DNA from: Candidatus Paracaedimonas acanthamoebae
Lineage (GTDB): Bacteria > Pseudomonadota > Alphaproteobacteria > Caedimonadales > Caedimonadaceae
DNA: 32,000 bases
Assembly (NCBI GenBank): GCA_000743035.1
Contig: CP008936.1
Location: forward strand, 810,001 to 842,000
Reading direction: 5' to 3'
The position numbers were made by a program, and so were the translations under genes. The notes beneath the pieces were generated by a model, which made no database searches, was not told where the DNA came from, and saw nothing but the letters and a program-made list of their open reading frames with translations. Positions 8,144 through 16,940 of the stretch are shown here, one piece after another (positions within the stretch are counted from its first letter, which is position 1; each line of letters opens with the position of its first letter).

Positions 8144-8730
8144 AAGTTACTTTCGTAAGTTAATATTAAACTCTCTTAGCATTCTTTCAATGGTCTTGAG
8201 GAGGTCATATTCTATTTTATGAATGCTTTAAACTTTTTATCGTTTATATTTTTAGGGTTTTTTCTCATTATTACAATGACTTATAAACAACTTCAAAGGT
8301 GATCCTTTTAGTTAAAATTTGATATTTATTACAGAAAAAGGTTGAGTTTCTGGCTGAAATTTGTTACTATTATTGTATAGGGTTGAATGGCTGACAAGCC
8401 CTTCAACAATCTTCTCGAGAGAGCCTTAGGGACTGATCAACCTGCCTCAATAAAATGATGTAAGTTAAATTTTAAAAAAGAAGAAAAGGAGAAATAAAAG
8501 ATGAGTTAGGTAAGACAAGAATAAAAGAAGAAGAGAATTAAAAAAAAGTTAAGCAATAAAGGTTTTAAGGGGCTTGTATCAGATAGATTAAGCAAATGAT
8601 TTGTTGCGCTTTAAAACAAGGTAAAGAAATTAAAAAAGTGGAGAAAATAAAATGTCCTAGTGAACAAATATCTTACATGGACTATGTACACGATCTCTTG
8701 TGATCCTTCAATCATTTTATGGATCAGGAG

Positions 8731-8764
8731 AAAAAACTCTTCCTCCCTTGGTACCAGGGAAGAG
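8731..8764 (-). terminator. Intrinsic-terminator-like hairpin on the minus strand, with no annotated gene upstream of it
   Basis: The minus strand reads CUCUUCC-(13-nt loop)-GGAAGAG followed by UUUUUU (plus-strand A6 at 8731-8736; stem arms at 8737-8743 and 8758-8764). Confidence 0.35.
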
Positions 8765-8943
8765 AGAAATAATAAAATGGATCTTTGACATTGTGAAGAA
8801 ATAACGTAGAGACTTACATTGAAAAAATTAAGTGCAATGAAGCTTTAAAAGAGCGCCTTTTTTCTATTTCAATAATTTTAGAGAATCAAGTAACAAAGAA
8901 TAATAAAGATATTTTTGGTTTGGCTTCTTCTAAGGGGGTAGCT

Positions 8944-9414
8944 ATGTATTATGTAAAAGTTTTATTACCCATAATTTTATATTTAATATTATTTATCTTT
9001 TTGAGAATTTCTATCGAAAGAGTAAATCTTCTAAAGCATCCAGCATTGCAAAATATTATTCCTTTAATCAAAGGAGTTCTTCATTCTTTTATTATAATTA
9101 CATGCCTTGTATTTGCTTTCAGCGCCTTTGGCATCGATATTCGAGGCGTTATTGCGGGCTTAGGATTATTCAGCTTTGCTATTAGTTTTGCATTAAAAGA
9201 TGCTATTAGTAACTTTATTTCTGGCTTATCTATTTTAATTTATAAACCGTTTAAGGTTAATGACGTTATAACCATAGATGGATATAGCGGTAGAGTCTTA
9301 AAAATGGACATACGCTATACAATTTTAGATTCTGAGAGTGAACTTTACTTGATTCCTAATGCTTTTATTATTGGCTCTAAAATAGCACTTAAAAAGTCAT
9401 CAAGTGAAAGTTAA
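8944..9414 (+). CDS. Short MscS-like protein (TM3 plus beta-domain only; the C-terminal domain is absent)
   Basis: Contains the MscS core LKDAISNFISGLSILIYKPFKVNDVITIDGYSGRVLKMDIRYTILDSESELYLIPNAFI. The ATG at 8944 is preceded by AAGGGG about 8 nt upstream, so it is preferred over the TTG at 8920. At 156 aa it is far shorter than typical MscS proteins. Confidence 0.65.
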   Translation: MYYVKVLLPIILYLILFIFLRISIERVNLLKHPALQNIIPLIKGVLHSFIIITCLVFAFSAFGIDIRGVIAGLGLFSFAISFALKDAISNFISGLSILIYKPFKVNDVITIDGYSGRVLKMDIRYTILDSESELYLIPNAFIIGSKIALKKSSSES

Positions 9415-9575
9415 GTATAAATATTAATTTAGCGTTTTCAAGTATAGATAGATTAGAGTAACAATAAAATTTTCTTACTAATTTGTAAATATATTAGAAA
9501 TTAAAAAATTATACTTTAAATATGAAAATTTAATCCATAATTATTAATAATATTTATATTACTCTCATAAATCTA

Positions 9576-9725
9576 CTACCATATATTGGGTCTATCTACA
9601 TAAAGAAACATAAAATACCATAGGGATGCATTAATTGTATTCATGAATTGTAAGTGCTTTTGTTGGACAGAATCATAAGCATCAAGTATATGCTTTGATA
9701 CATCAATACCAATAATTATAGTCAT
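9576..9725 (-). pseudogene. IS110-family transposase N-terminal remnant
   Basis: MTIIIGIDVSKHILDAYDSVQQKHLQFMNTINA matches the characteristic IS110 (DEDD) N-terminus (GIDVSK..LD......F.N). The similarity then ends and a stop follows, and no remainder of a ~340-aa transposase is present. Confidence 0.6.
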
Positions 9726-9975
9726 TAAAGTCTCCATTTTCTTCCAGGTATACGATCTGTTATAGTTAACGATCAAGCTACCGTTCGAACTAAAGATTAA
9801 TAATAAAGAAAAAGGCAAACGAGCATAATAACGATCTACATAAATATGACCTGGTAAGTAAACGTTTTACCTTTTCCTACTGACACTTTTAAGCTATCAA
9901 GTATCAGCTTAAGATCCAACATACCTGGTAAATGGGGTTGATACTTCATCAAGAACTTTATTAAGTATTCTTATC

Positions 9976-10011
9976 AAAAAAAAACCCCTGAAATTTCCTT
10001 CAGAGGTTTTT
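9976..10011. terminator. Bidirectional rho-independent terminator downstream of rpsU
   Basis: A9-CCCCTGAA-atttcc-TTCAGAGG-T5. On the minus strand this is an 8-bp stem (one G-U pair) followed by a U9 run, located 23 nt after the rpsU stop. Confidence 0.8.
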
Positions 10012-10033
10012 AATTTCGTTAAGCTATGACTTC

Positions 10034-10237
10034 TTAGAAGCCATCGCGCTCGATACGTTTACGCTGAAGTTTACGAATACGCCGAATAGCTTCAGCTTTT
10101 TCGCGCTTCTTGCGCTCAGAAGGTTTCTCAAAATGACGACGAAGTTTCATTTCACGAAACACGCCTTCACGTTGCATTTTCTTCTTAAGCGAGCGTAAAG
10201 CTTGGTCCACATTATTATCGCGAACTGTTACAAGCAC
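10034..10237 (-). CDS. rpsU: 30S ribosomal protein S21
   Basis: [60 protein letters not shown] is a typical S21. The GTG start at 10237 lies about 10 nt downstream of AAGGAGAG. The longer listed ORF (to 10300) adds a non-conserved hydrophobic leader. Confidence 0.93.
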   Translation of the reverse strand: MLVTVRDNNVDQALRSLKKKMQREGVFREMKLRRHFEKPSERKKREKAEAIRRIRKLQRKRIERDGF

Positions 10238-10353
10238 GTTGCTCACTCTCCTTTCAAAAAATAAACATACACATAGATAAATTAATATTATCTGCAGCAA
10301 CTATAAGTTGGGTTTTGGAAAATGTGAAGAAGAAAATTCCAAATATAATCAAA

Positions 10354-10391
10354 ATGCGTAACTATACTCTTAATGAAGCATAGGTACGCAT
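10354..10391 (-). terminator. Candidate weak terminator hairpin after gap
   Basis: ATGCGTA...TACGCAT forms a 7-bp stem with a ~24-nt loop, followed on the minus strand by UUUUGAUU. It lies just downstream of the gap stop. The large loop makes this weak. Confidence 0.3.
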
Positions 10392-10401
10392 TTCTGGTTT
10401 G

Positions 10402-11409
10402 CTACAAAAATTTACCCATAGCTTTTGCCGTATCTGCCATCCGATTTGAGAAACCCCACTCATTATCATACCAAGACAAAACTCTACAAAAGCGCCCCTC
10501 AATAACTTGGGTTTGTGTCAAATCAAAGGAAGAACTTAGCGGGTTATGGTTAAAGTCAATCGAAACAAGTGGTTCATTAACAACACCTAAAATGCCTTTT
10601 AGGTCGGTGTGAGAAGCCTTTTCAATCGCTGCATTAATTTCAGCAGCTGTTGTTTCCTTTTTTGCATCAAATTTAAAGTCAATTAAAGAAACATTCGGTG
10701 TTGGTACACGAATGGCCGTTCCATCTAATTTACCCTTAAGTTCTGGAAGAACAAGCCCAACCGCTTTAGCCGCTCCTGTTGAAGTTGGGATCATTGAAAG
10801 CGCTGAGGCACGAGAGCGGCGTGGATCACTATGGAACGTATCTACAAGTCGTTGATCCCCTGTATAGGCATGAATTGTGGTCATATAACCGCGCTCAATT
10901 CCTATTGCCTTCTGCAAGACGTAAGCAACGGGCGCTAAACAGTTCGTTGTACATGAAGCATTTGAAACAACAATATGCTCTTTTGAAAGTTTATCATGAT
11001 TAACTCCATACACGACAGTTAAATCAGCACCATCTGCAGGAGCCGAAATTAAAACTCGTTTTGCTCCAGCTCTCAGATGTTTTTCTGCTTTTGATTTTTC
11101 AGTAAAGCGACCTGAACACTCTAAGACGATATCAATATTAAGATCTTTCCAGGGAAGATTTTCAGGATCAGCTTGCGCGAGAATTTTAACTTCGCCAAAC
11201 CCTACATTGATTCCTGTTGAAGATGTTTTTACTTCATAGGGAAAACGACCATGAACTGAATCATAACGCAAAAGGTAAGCATTGCTTTCAATATCTGCTA
11301 AATCATTTATAGCGACAACTTCAAGATCACTACGATGATTTTCAACGATTGCTCTGAAAACAAGTCGTCCAATACGGCCAAATCCATTAATTGCTACACG
11401 AAGCGCCAT
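10402..11409 (-). CDS. gap: Glyceraldehyde-3-phosphate dehydrogenase (type I)
   Basis: N-terminal INGFGRIGRLV Rossmann motif, active-site SNASCTTNCLAP, and C-terminal WYDNEWGFSNR. Confidence 0.95.
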   Translation of the reverse strand: MALRVAINGFGRIGRLVFRAIVENHRSDLEVVAINDLADIESNAYLLRYDSVHGRFPYEVKTSSTGINVGFGEVKILAQADPENLPWKDLNIDIVLECSGRFTEKSKAEKHLRAGAKRVLISAPADGADLTVVYGVNHDKLSKEHIVVSNASCTTNCLAPVAYVLQKAIGIERGYMTTIHAYTGDQRLVDTFHSDPRRSRASALSMIPTSTGAAKAVGLVLPELKGKLDGTAIRVPTPNVSLIDFKFDAKKETTAAEINAAIEKASHTDLKGILGVVNEPLVSIDFNHNPLSSSFDLTQTQVIEGRFCRVLSWYDNEWGFSNRMADTAKAMGKFL

Positions 11410-13371
11410 TTATTTCTCCTTTAATTTATTAATTGCTAATTCTACAATAGCTTCTACTGTAATTCCAAAGTGTCTGTAAAGATCTTGATAAGGACCTGAA
11501 GCTCCAAAACTATGCATTCCTATAAAAGCTCCTTCCGGACCTATGTATTTTTCCCAGCCCAAAGGAATAGCAGCTTCAATCGCAATTCTTAAAGTATGAA
11601 GACCTATAACTTTTTCTTGATACTCTTTTTCTTGAAGCTCGAAAAGACGCCAACATGGAAGTGAAACAACACGAGTAGCAATTCCCTTCTTCTTGAGTTC
11701 TTCTTGGGCTTTTATTGCAATTGAAACTTCAGATCCGGTTGACAAGAATGTGATTTGTGCTTTGGGATCGTCACTTAAAACATATCCACCTTTTCTACTT
11801 AAGTTTTCTTCGGTCCTATCTGTGCGCAGAAATGGAAGATTTTGTCGAGTCAGGACAAGGAGTGATGGAGTTGTTTGACTTTCTAAGGCTAATGCCCAAC
11901 ACTCTGCAACTTCGATAGCATCAGCAGGCCTAAAAACATTAAGATTTGGAATCGCTCTTAAAGCAGCTAAATGCTCAACTGGCTGATGTGTAGGCCCATC
12001 TTCACCTAATCCAATAGAATCATGGGTCATAACATAAATTGTACGAATTTGCATAAGAGCAGAAAGGCGGATTGATGGCCTGCAATAATCACTAAAGGCA
12101 AGAAATGTTCCCCCATATGGGACAACCCCTCCATGCAAACTTATTCCATTCATCGCTGCAGCCATAGCGTGCTCTCTTACACCATAATGGATATAATTAC
12201 CGATAAACTTTTCTGAAGAAATCGCCTGACTTCCTTTAGCTTTGGTATTATTTGATCCTGTAAGATCTGCTGACCCCCCTAATAATTCTGGTATTTTGGG
12301 GACTAAGGTATCAAGAACTTGACCAGAAAGGACGCGCGTAGATGCTGTTGGCTTCTGGCTATGAAAACTATTGATTAGTTCTTGAATATGATTTTTCCAT
12401 CCTTTGGGCAGCTCACCTCTAAAACGACGCTCAATTTCGTGTTTAATTTCTGGTGCAGAATCTTGAAGGTGCTTTTCCCAGGTCGTATACGCTTGCTCAC
12501 CTCTAGTTCCAAAACTCCGCCAAGCATTAAGAATGGGAGTAGGAACTTCAAAAGCTGGCGAAGACCAGTTTAAAGCCTCACGCATCCTTAATACCTCTTC
12601 TGCCCCTAAAGAGGAGCCATGTATAGCTGATGTGCCTGCTTTTGTCGGTGCCCCATAACCAATTGTTGTGCGGCAAGCAATCATCGAAGGAGCTTTTGCG
12701 TGATGTGCTTTTTGAAGTGCTAAATAAATTGCTTCAGGGTTATGCCCATCAATTGCTTGTACTTGCCAGCCACAAGCCTCAAAACGTTTGAGTTGGTCAT
12801 CTGAGACAGATAAGCTTGTGGGACCATCAATCGATATACGGTTATCATCAAATAAAACAATAAGTTTAGAAAGCTTGAGATGACCGGCTAGAGAAATAGC
12901 CTCATGAGAAATACCTTCCATAAGGCAACCATCTCCAGCAATTACATAGGTAAAGTGATTAAAAAGATGCTCACCAAACTGGGTGCGTAAAAGGTGCTCA
13001 GCAATTGCCATTCCTACAGCATTACCTAGACCTTGTCCTAGTGGACCTGTCGTTGTTTCTATCCCTAAATATTGATCTTTTTCAGGATGACCCGCGGTAT
13101 GAGCTCCTAGTTGACGAAATTCTTTCAAAGATTCTATCGTCATACCTTCATAACCCGTCAAGTAATTAAGTGCATACAACAGCATTGATCCATGTCCAGC
13201 TGAAAGTACAAACCGGTCTCGATCTGGCCAAGTTGGTTGTCTCGGGTTAAATTTCAAGAAATGTTGATATAAAACAGTTGCAACGTCTGCCATTCCTAAA
13301 GGAAGTCCCGGATGACCTGAATTGGCTTTTTCAACAGCATCAATACTCAAGAATCGAATAGCATTGGCCAA
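11410..13371 (-). CDS. tkt: Transketolase
   Basis: ANAIRFLSIDAVEKANSGHPG, the ThDP motif GDGCLMEGISHEA, and THDSIGLGEDGPTHQPVEHL. The stop abuts the gap start codon. The listed start is a TTG at 13371, and the true start may lie upstream (see findings). Confidence 0.93.
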   Translation of the reverse strand: MANAIRFLSIDAVEKANSGHPGLPLGMADVATVLYQHFLKFNPRQPTWPDRDRFVLSAGHGSMLLYALNYLTGYEGMTIESLKEFRQLGAHTAGHPEKDQYLGIETTTGPLGQGLGNAVGMAIAEHLLRTQFGEHLFNHFTYVIAGDGCLMEGISHEAISLAGHLKLSKLIVLFDDNRISIDGPTSLSVSDDQLKRFEACGWQVQAIDGHNPEAIYLALQKAHHAKAPSMIACRTTIGYGAPTKAGTSAIHGSSLGAEEVLRMREALNWSSPAFEVPTPILNAWRSFGTRGEQAYTTWEKHLQDSAPEIKHEIERRFRGELPKGWKNHIQELINSFHSQKPTASTRVLSGQVLDTLVPKIPELLGGSADLTGSNNTKAKGSQAISSEKFIGNYIHYGVREHAMAAAMNGISLHGGVVPYGGTFLAFSDYCRPSIRLSALMQIRTIYVMTHDSIGLGEDGPTHQPVEHLAALRAIPNLNVFRPADAIEVAECWALALESQTTPSLLVLTRQNLPFLRTDRTEENLSRKGGYVLSDDPKAQITFLSTGSEVSIAIKAQEELKKKGIATRVVSLPCWRLFELQEKEYQEKVIGLHTLRIAIEAAIPLGWEKYIGPEGAFIGMHSFGASGPYQDLYRHFGITVEAIVELAINKLKEK

Positions 13372-13460
13372 TTCTTGATGAGGAACAAGTGGTAATGAAG
13401 AATAGTTCTTAGTAATAGGAGTCTCCTAACAGTTATAATGAGCACACAATGCCTGGCGTT

Positions 13461-14528
13461 TTAAACAACGTCAATGGTGCTCAATTTGCTTAAACTTATT
13501 TCAATAATCTTTTTGAATAATTTTGGTAGAGCATAGTGGTTTAATTGATGCGGAAAAACCCAGTCACCGTCTAAAATTTTTGCTTTTTTAGCACAAATGC
13601 TCCCATAATAAGGCTCAACTTCAAGATCAAAATGTGTAAAACTATGATTTATATGGCTCTTAAGAGATTTCCAGTGTGTTATAAAAGGAGCATCTCTCCC
13701 AATATTTTTACCTTCTAGTTTTTCCAATTGCCACTCAGATGTTGGAACTGCCATCATTCCTCCAAGTAATCCGTTTTCTGGTCTTTTCCTTAATAAGATC
13801 GCACCATCTTCCCTCTTGAGAATATAAGCTACTGTGTATTTTTGAGGTCTTACGCGCTTTTTATTTTTCAAAGGGAGTTCTGCTGCGATACCTAATGCAT
13901 GAGCTTTACAAGTTGGTTGAAAAGGACACTTTTCGCATGAAGGGGTTCTAGGTACGCAAATAGTTGCTCCTAGATCCATCATAGCTTGCGCAAAGTCCCC
14001 AGGTCTTGTTACAGGTGTAAATGCACTAGCAGCATTTTGTATTTCTGGCATTCCATTGGGAAGAGGTATTGAAATAGCATACATCCGTGAAAGGATACGG
14101 GCAATATTTCCATCCACAGGTAAAACGTGCTCATTAAAGGCAATAGCGGCAATTGCCTTTGCTGTATAAGGTCCTATACCAGGAAGCTTTATTAACTCAT
14201 CTGAATTTGTTGGAAGCTTGCCTGTATAATCATTTGCAATTTTTTTTGCGCAGAGGTGAAGGTTTCTTGCTCTTGCATAGTACCCCAAGCCTTGCCATGC
14301 ATGAAGAATATCATCAAGGGAAGCTTCAGCTAATTGTTGAAATGTAGGCCATCGTTGAATAAATGATAAAAAATATGGAATTACAGTCGCGACTGTAGTC
14401 TGTTGCAACATAATTTCGCTTAGCCATACATGATAAGAATTTATTGTTTGCTCACCTCTGGCTCGCCAAGGAAGAATCCTTCCTTCATTATCGTACCAAC
14501 TTAAAAGAGCATCATGATATTCTTTCAT
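13461..14528 (-). CDS. mutY: A/G-specific adenine DNA glycosylase MutY
   Basis: HhH-GPD region LPGIGPYTAKAIAAIAF, Fe-S cluster cysteines CVPRTPSCEKCPFQPTCKA, and a C-terminal NUDIX-like domain. Confidence 0.9.
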   Translation of the reverse strand: MKEYHDALLSWYDNEGRILPWRARGEQTINSYHVWLSEIMLQQTTVATVIPYFLSFIQRWPTFQQLAEASLDDILHAWQGLGYYARARNLHLCAKKIANDYTGKLPTNSDELIKLPGIGPYTAKAIAAIAFNEHVLPVDGNIARILSRMYAISIPLPNGMPEIQNAASAFTPVTRPGDFAQAMMDLGATICVPRTPSCEKCPFQPTCKAHALGIAAELPLKNKKRVRPQKYTVAYILKREDGAILLRKRPENGLLGGMMAVPTSEWQLEKLEGKNIGRDAPFITHWKSLKSHINHSFTHFDLEVEPYYGSICAKKAKILDGDWVFPHQLNHYALPKLFKKIIEISLSKLSTIDVV

Positions 14529-15801
14529 GATTATTTTCTACCATATTTAAAACTTCACCTGATAAATAAATTGAACCACAAATTATAACTCTAACCGGTG
14601 ATGAAGAAAGTTGAGAAATTTTTTTTAATCCCTCAATAAGGGTATTTGCTGTAAAGCTATTTTTATGGGGGGTGATTTCAATCAGGTGGTTAGGAGGGGT
14701 ATACTTTTCTGATGTTGGAATAGGAATAAAACAAAATCCTTTAGCCACCCTAGAGAGTGGTGATAAAAAAGCATAAGAATCTTTGTGGCTAAGCATCCCA
14801 ATAATAAAATAGGTTGGTAAGGAACTCCAAGTCTGTATTGTTTCTATAAGAGCTTGGGCGCCTCCTTCATTATGGGCACTATCAAGCCAAATTTCTGAGT
14901 TTTCCCAAAGATAATCAGCTAAAAAGCTAGAAGAAAGGTCTTGTAACCTCCCTTTCCAAGTCGCCGTTGCTATTCCTGCTTTTAAATGTTTTTCTTTCAA
15001 ATTAAATGATTTCTGCAAAAAAGAAGCTATGCTTAATGCTAATCCCGCGTTACGTATCTGATGTTTTCCTGCTAGACTTATCTTTGGACAGTGTAAACTT
15101 GAACAATAAACAAATCCTTCTTCTTGCTCTTGAACGTCCCAGTCTCGATTTTCTAGAAAGAATGAAACAGATAAATTTTTAGCACAACTTAGAAGCACTC
15201 TTTCAATTTCTTTAGGCTGTGCAACTGAAAAAGCTGAAGCCCCCATTTTGAAAATACCGGCTTTTGCATACGCAATTTGAGATAATGTTTTTCCCAAATA
15301 ATCTTGATGATCATAGGAAATAGATGTAATTGCTGTCACAAGAGGAGAATTTATAACATTTGTTGCATCAAGCCGTCCTCCAACCCCTGATTCTAATAAT
15401 AAAATATCTGCAGGATTTTGAGCATAGGCTAAAAAGGCAGCAACAGTGATAAATTCAAACCATGTAAGTTCTTCTTGGTCTTTAGCATATTTCTCACATT
15501 CGTGAAGCAAAAGAGAAAAATAAGATTCTTCTATCTTCTTTCCCGCAACAATAATACGTTCATTAAATTCTCTTAAATGGGGTGAAGTATAAACATGCGT
15601 CCTGTATCCTGAAGATTCAAAAATAGCACGCAAAAAAGCGATCGTTGACCCTTTTCCATTTGTGCCAGCCACATGAATGGTAGGTGGAAGTTTAAGGTGT
15701 GGAGAGCCAAGCTTACTCAATAATTTTTCAATACGCTCCAAATTGAGACGTGCTTTAAAAGGAAATTTTTTAGAGAATACGCCTAAATCAAATTGAAACA
15801 T
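14512..15801 (-). CDS. folC: Bifunctional folylpolyglutamate synthase / dihydrofolate synthase
   Basis: Mur-ligase P-loop HVAGTNGKGST, followed by SPHLREFNERI and the GxGGxxDATN-type motif (ESGVGGRLDATNVI). It overlaps the mutY start by 17 nt and directly follows accD, a conserved accD-folC pair. Confidence 0.9.
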   Translation of the reverse strand: MFQFDLGVFSKKFPFKARLNLERIEKLLSKLGSPHLKLPPTIHVAGTNGKGSTIAFLRAIFESSGYRTHVYTSPHLREFNERIIVAGKKIEESYFSLLLHECEKYAKDQEELTWFEFITVAAFLAYAQNPADILLLESGVGGRLDATNVINSPLVTAITSISYDHQDYLGKTLSQIAYAKAGIFKMGASAFSVAQPKEIERVLLSCAKNLSVSFFLENRDWDVQEQEEGFVYCSSLHCPKISLAGKHQIRNAGLALSIASFLQKSFNLKEKHLKAGIATATWKGRLQDLSSSFLADYLWENSEIWLDSAHNEGGAQALIETIQTWSSLPTYFIIGMLSHKDSYAFLSPLSRVAKGFCFIPIPTSEKYTPPNHLIEITPHKNSFTANTLIEGLKKISQLSSSPVRVIICGSIYLSGEVLNMVENNHERIS

Positions 15802-15802
15802 C

Positions 15803-16654
15803 CTAAACGCGAGGCTTCATTAAAAGGCTTATTAATGCAACTAAACGCCCTTTTATTTGTTGACGAGGTACAACCATATCAATCATACCATGCTCAAGAA
15901 GATATTCAGCAGTTTGGAAACCCTCTGGTAATGCGTGCCGTATTGTTTGTTGGATGACACGGGCGCCAGCAAAACCTATCATGGCTCCAGGTTCAGCAAT
16001 CGCAATATCACCTAACATAGCAAAAGACGCTGATACTCCACCCGTTGTTGGATCAGTGAGAATTGTAATATAGGGCAAACCAGCCTCTTTTACCTGCCGA
16101 ACAGCTATCGTTGTACGAGGCATTTGCATAAGAGAAAGTATGCCTTCTTGCATTCTGGCTCCTCCAGATGATGGAATAACAATTAAAGGGGCTTTATGCT
16201 TCACAGCAGTTTTTGCCGCAGCAACAAGGCCAGCACCTACAGCGGTTCCCATTGAGCCGCCCATAAAATTGAATTCAAAAGCAACAACGATTGACTTTTG
16301 CCCACCAATTCGTCCCATCGCTATAAGAATGGCGTCTTCTTCTTCGGTTTTATGCCGAGCGTCCTTTAAACGATCTGAGTATTTTTTTAAGTCTTTGAAT
16401 TTTAACGGATCTAATGTAACTTTAGGTGTTGGAATGCGTGTATATTCTTGTTCATCAAATAGTAGCTCAAGTCGCTTTTTAGCTTCAAGTCGCATATGAT
16501 TGCCACAATGGCGGCACACAAAGCTGTTCTCAGCCAAATCACGATGGAAAATCATTTGCTCACATTTTGAGCATTTATCCCATAAATTATCAGGTACATC
16601 CTTGCCCACAAGAGCTCTAAGCTTTGGGCGAACAAAATCAGTAATCCAGTTCAT
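15803..16654 (-). CDS. accD: Acetyl-CoA carboxylase carboxyltransferase beta subunit
   Basis: MNWITDFVRPK N-terminus, zinc ribbon CSKCEQ...CRHCGNH, and the carboxyltransferase core FNFMGGSMG. The ATG at 16654 is preceded by GAGGAG 5 nt upstream, so it is preferred over the listed start at 16714. Confidence 0.93.
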   Translation of the reverse strand: MNWITDFVRPKLRALVGKDVPDNLWDKCSKCEQMIFHRDLAENSFVCRHCGNHMRLEAKKRLELLFDEQEYTRIPTPKVTLDPLKFKDLKKYSDRLKDARHKTEEEDAILIAMGRIGGQKSIVVAFEFNFMGGSMGTAVGAGLVAAAKTAVKHKAPLIVIPSSGGARMQEGILSLMQMPRTTIAVRQVKEAGLPYITILTDPTTGGVSASFAMLGDIAIAEPGAMIGFAGARVIQQTIRHALPEGFQTAEYLLEHGMIDMVVPRQQIKGRLVALISLLMKPRV

Positions 16655-16940
16655 AAAGGCTCCTCTAGATATTATCTTATTGCTGTTGATAAATTCTTTT
16701 AGCAGATCTATCAATTTCCTGCGATAAAAAATCTATTTTTTGAACATAAATTCAAAGATAATCAAAAAATTAATAATCCTGAGATAGAAATTTGCCGTAT
16801 AAGTTTCGTTAATTATTTTTTGAATCTAGAAAAATTTATAAATCTAACCTATAAGGTAATCCTTTAAATTATTATAAAAAATATTATGTGATGAATAAAA
16901 GAAAGTTTAAATTGATTTTGTAAGGAACAAATTTTGGCTT

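Noticed and set aside
8420-8450. CTGATCAACCTGCC, vaguely similar to the conserved 3' part of the fluoride riboswitch
   Set aside because: The match is partial and the 5' conserved half is not recognisable. The downstream gene is MscS-like, not crcB or another fluoride-responsive gene.
8590-8625. GCA AAT GAT ... (A-N-D...), resembling the start of an alphaproteobacterial tmRNA tag reading frame
   Set aside because: The frame reads ANDLLRFKTR-stop and lacks the hydrophobic (A/V)AA tag end. No tRNA-like acceptor/T-arm piece (GGTTCGAATCC-type) is nearby.
9576-9818. The listed 80-aa ORF as an intact gene
   Set aside because: Only residues ~32-65 resemble a known family (the IS110 N-terminus). 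The first 31 and last ~15 residues look like random AT-rich translation. It was annotated as a pseudogene fragment instead.
16715-16940. TTAA-N7-TTGA and TTAA-N7-TAAA near-matches to CtrA boxes upstream of fliM
   Set aside because: None is an exact TTAA-N7-TTAA match, and the spacer is extremely AT-rich, so such half-matches are expected by chance.
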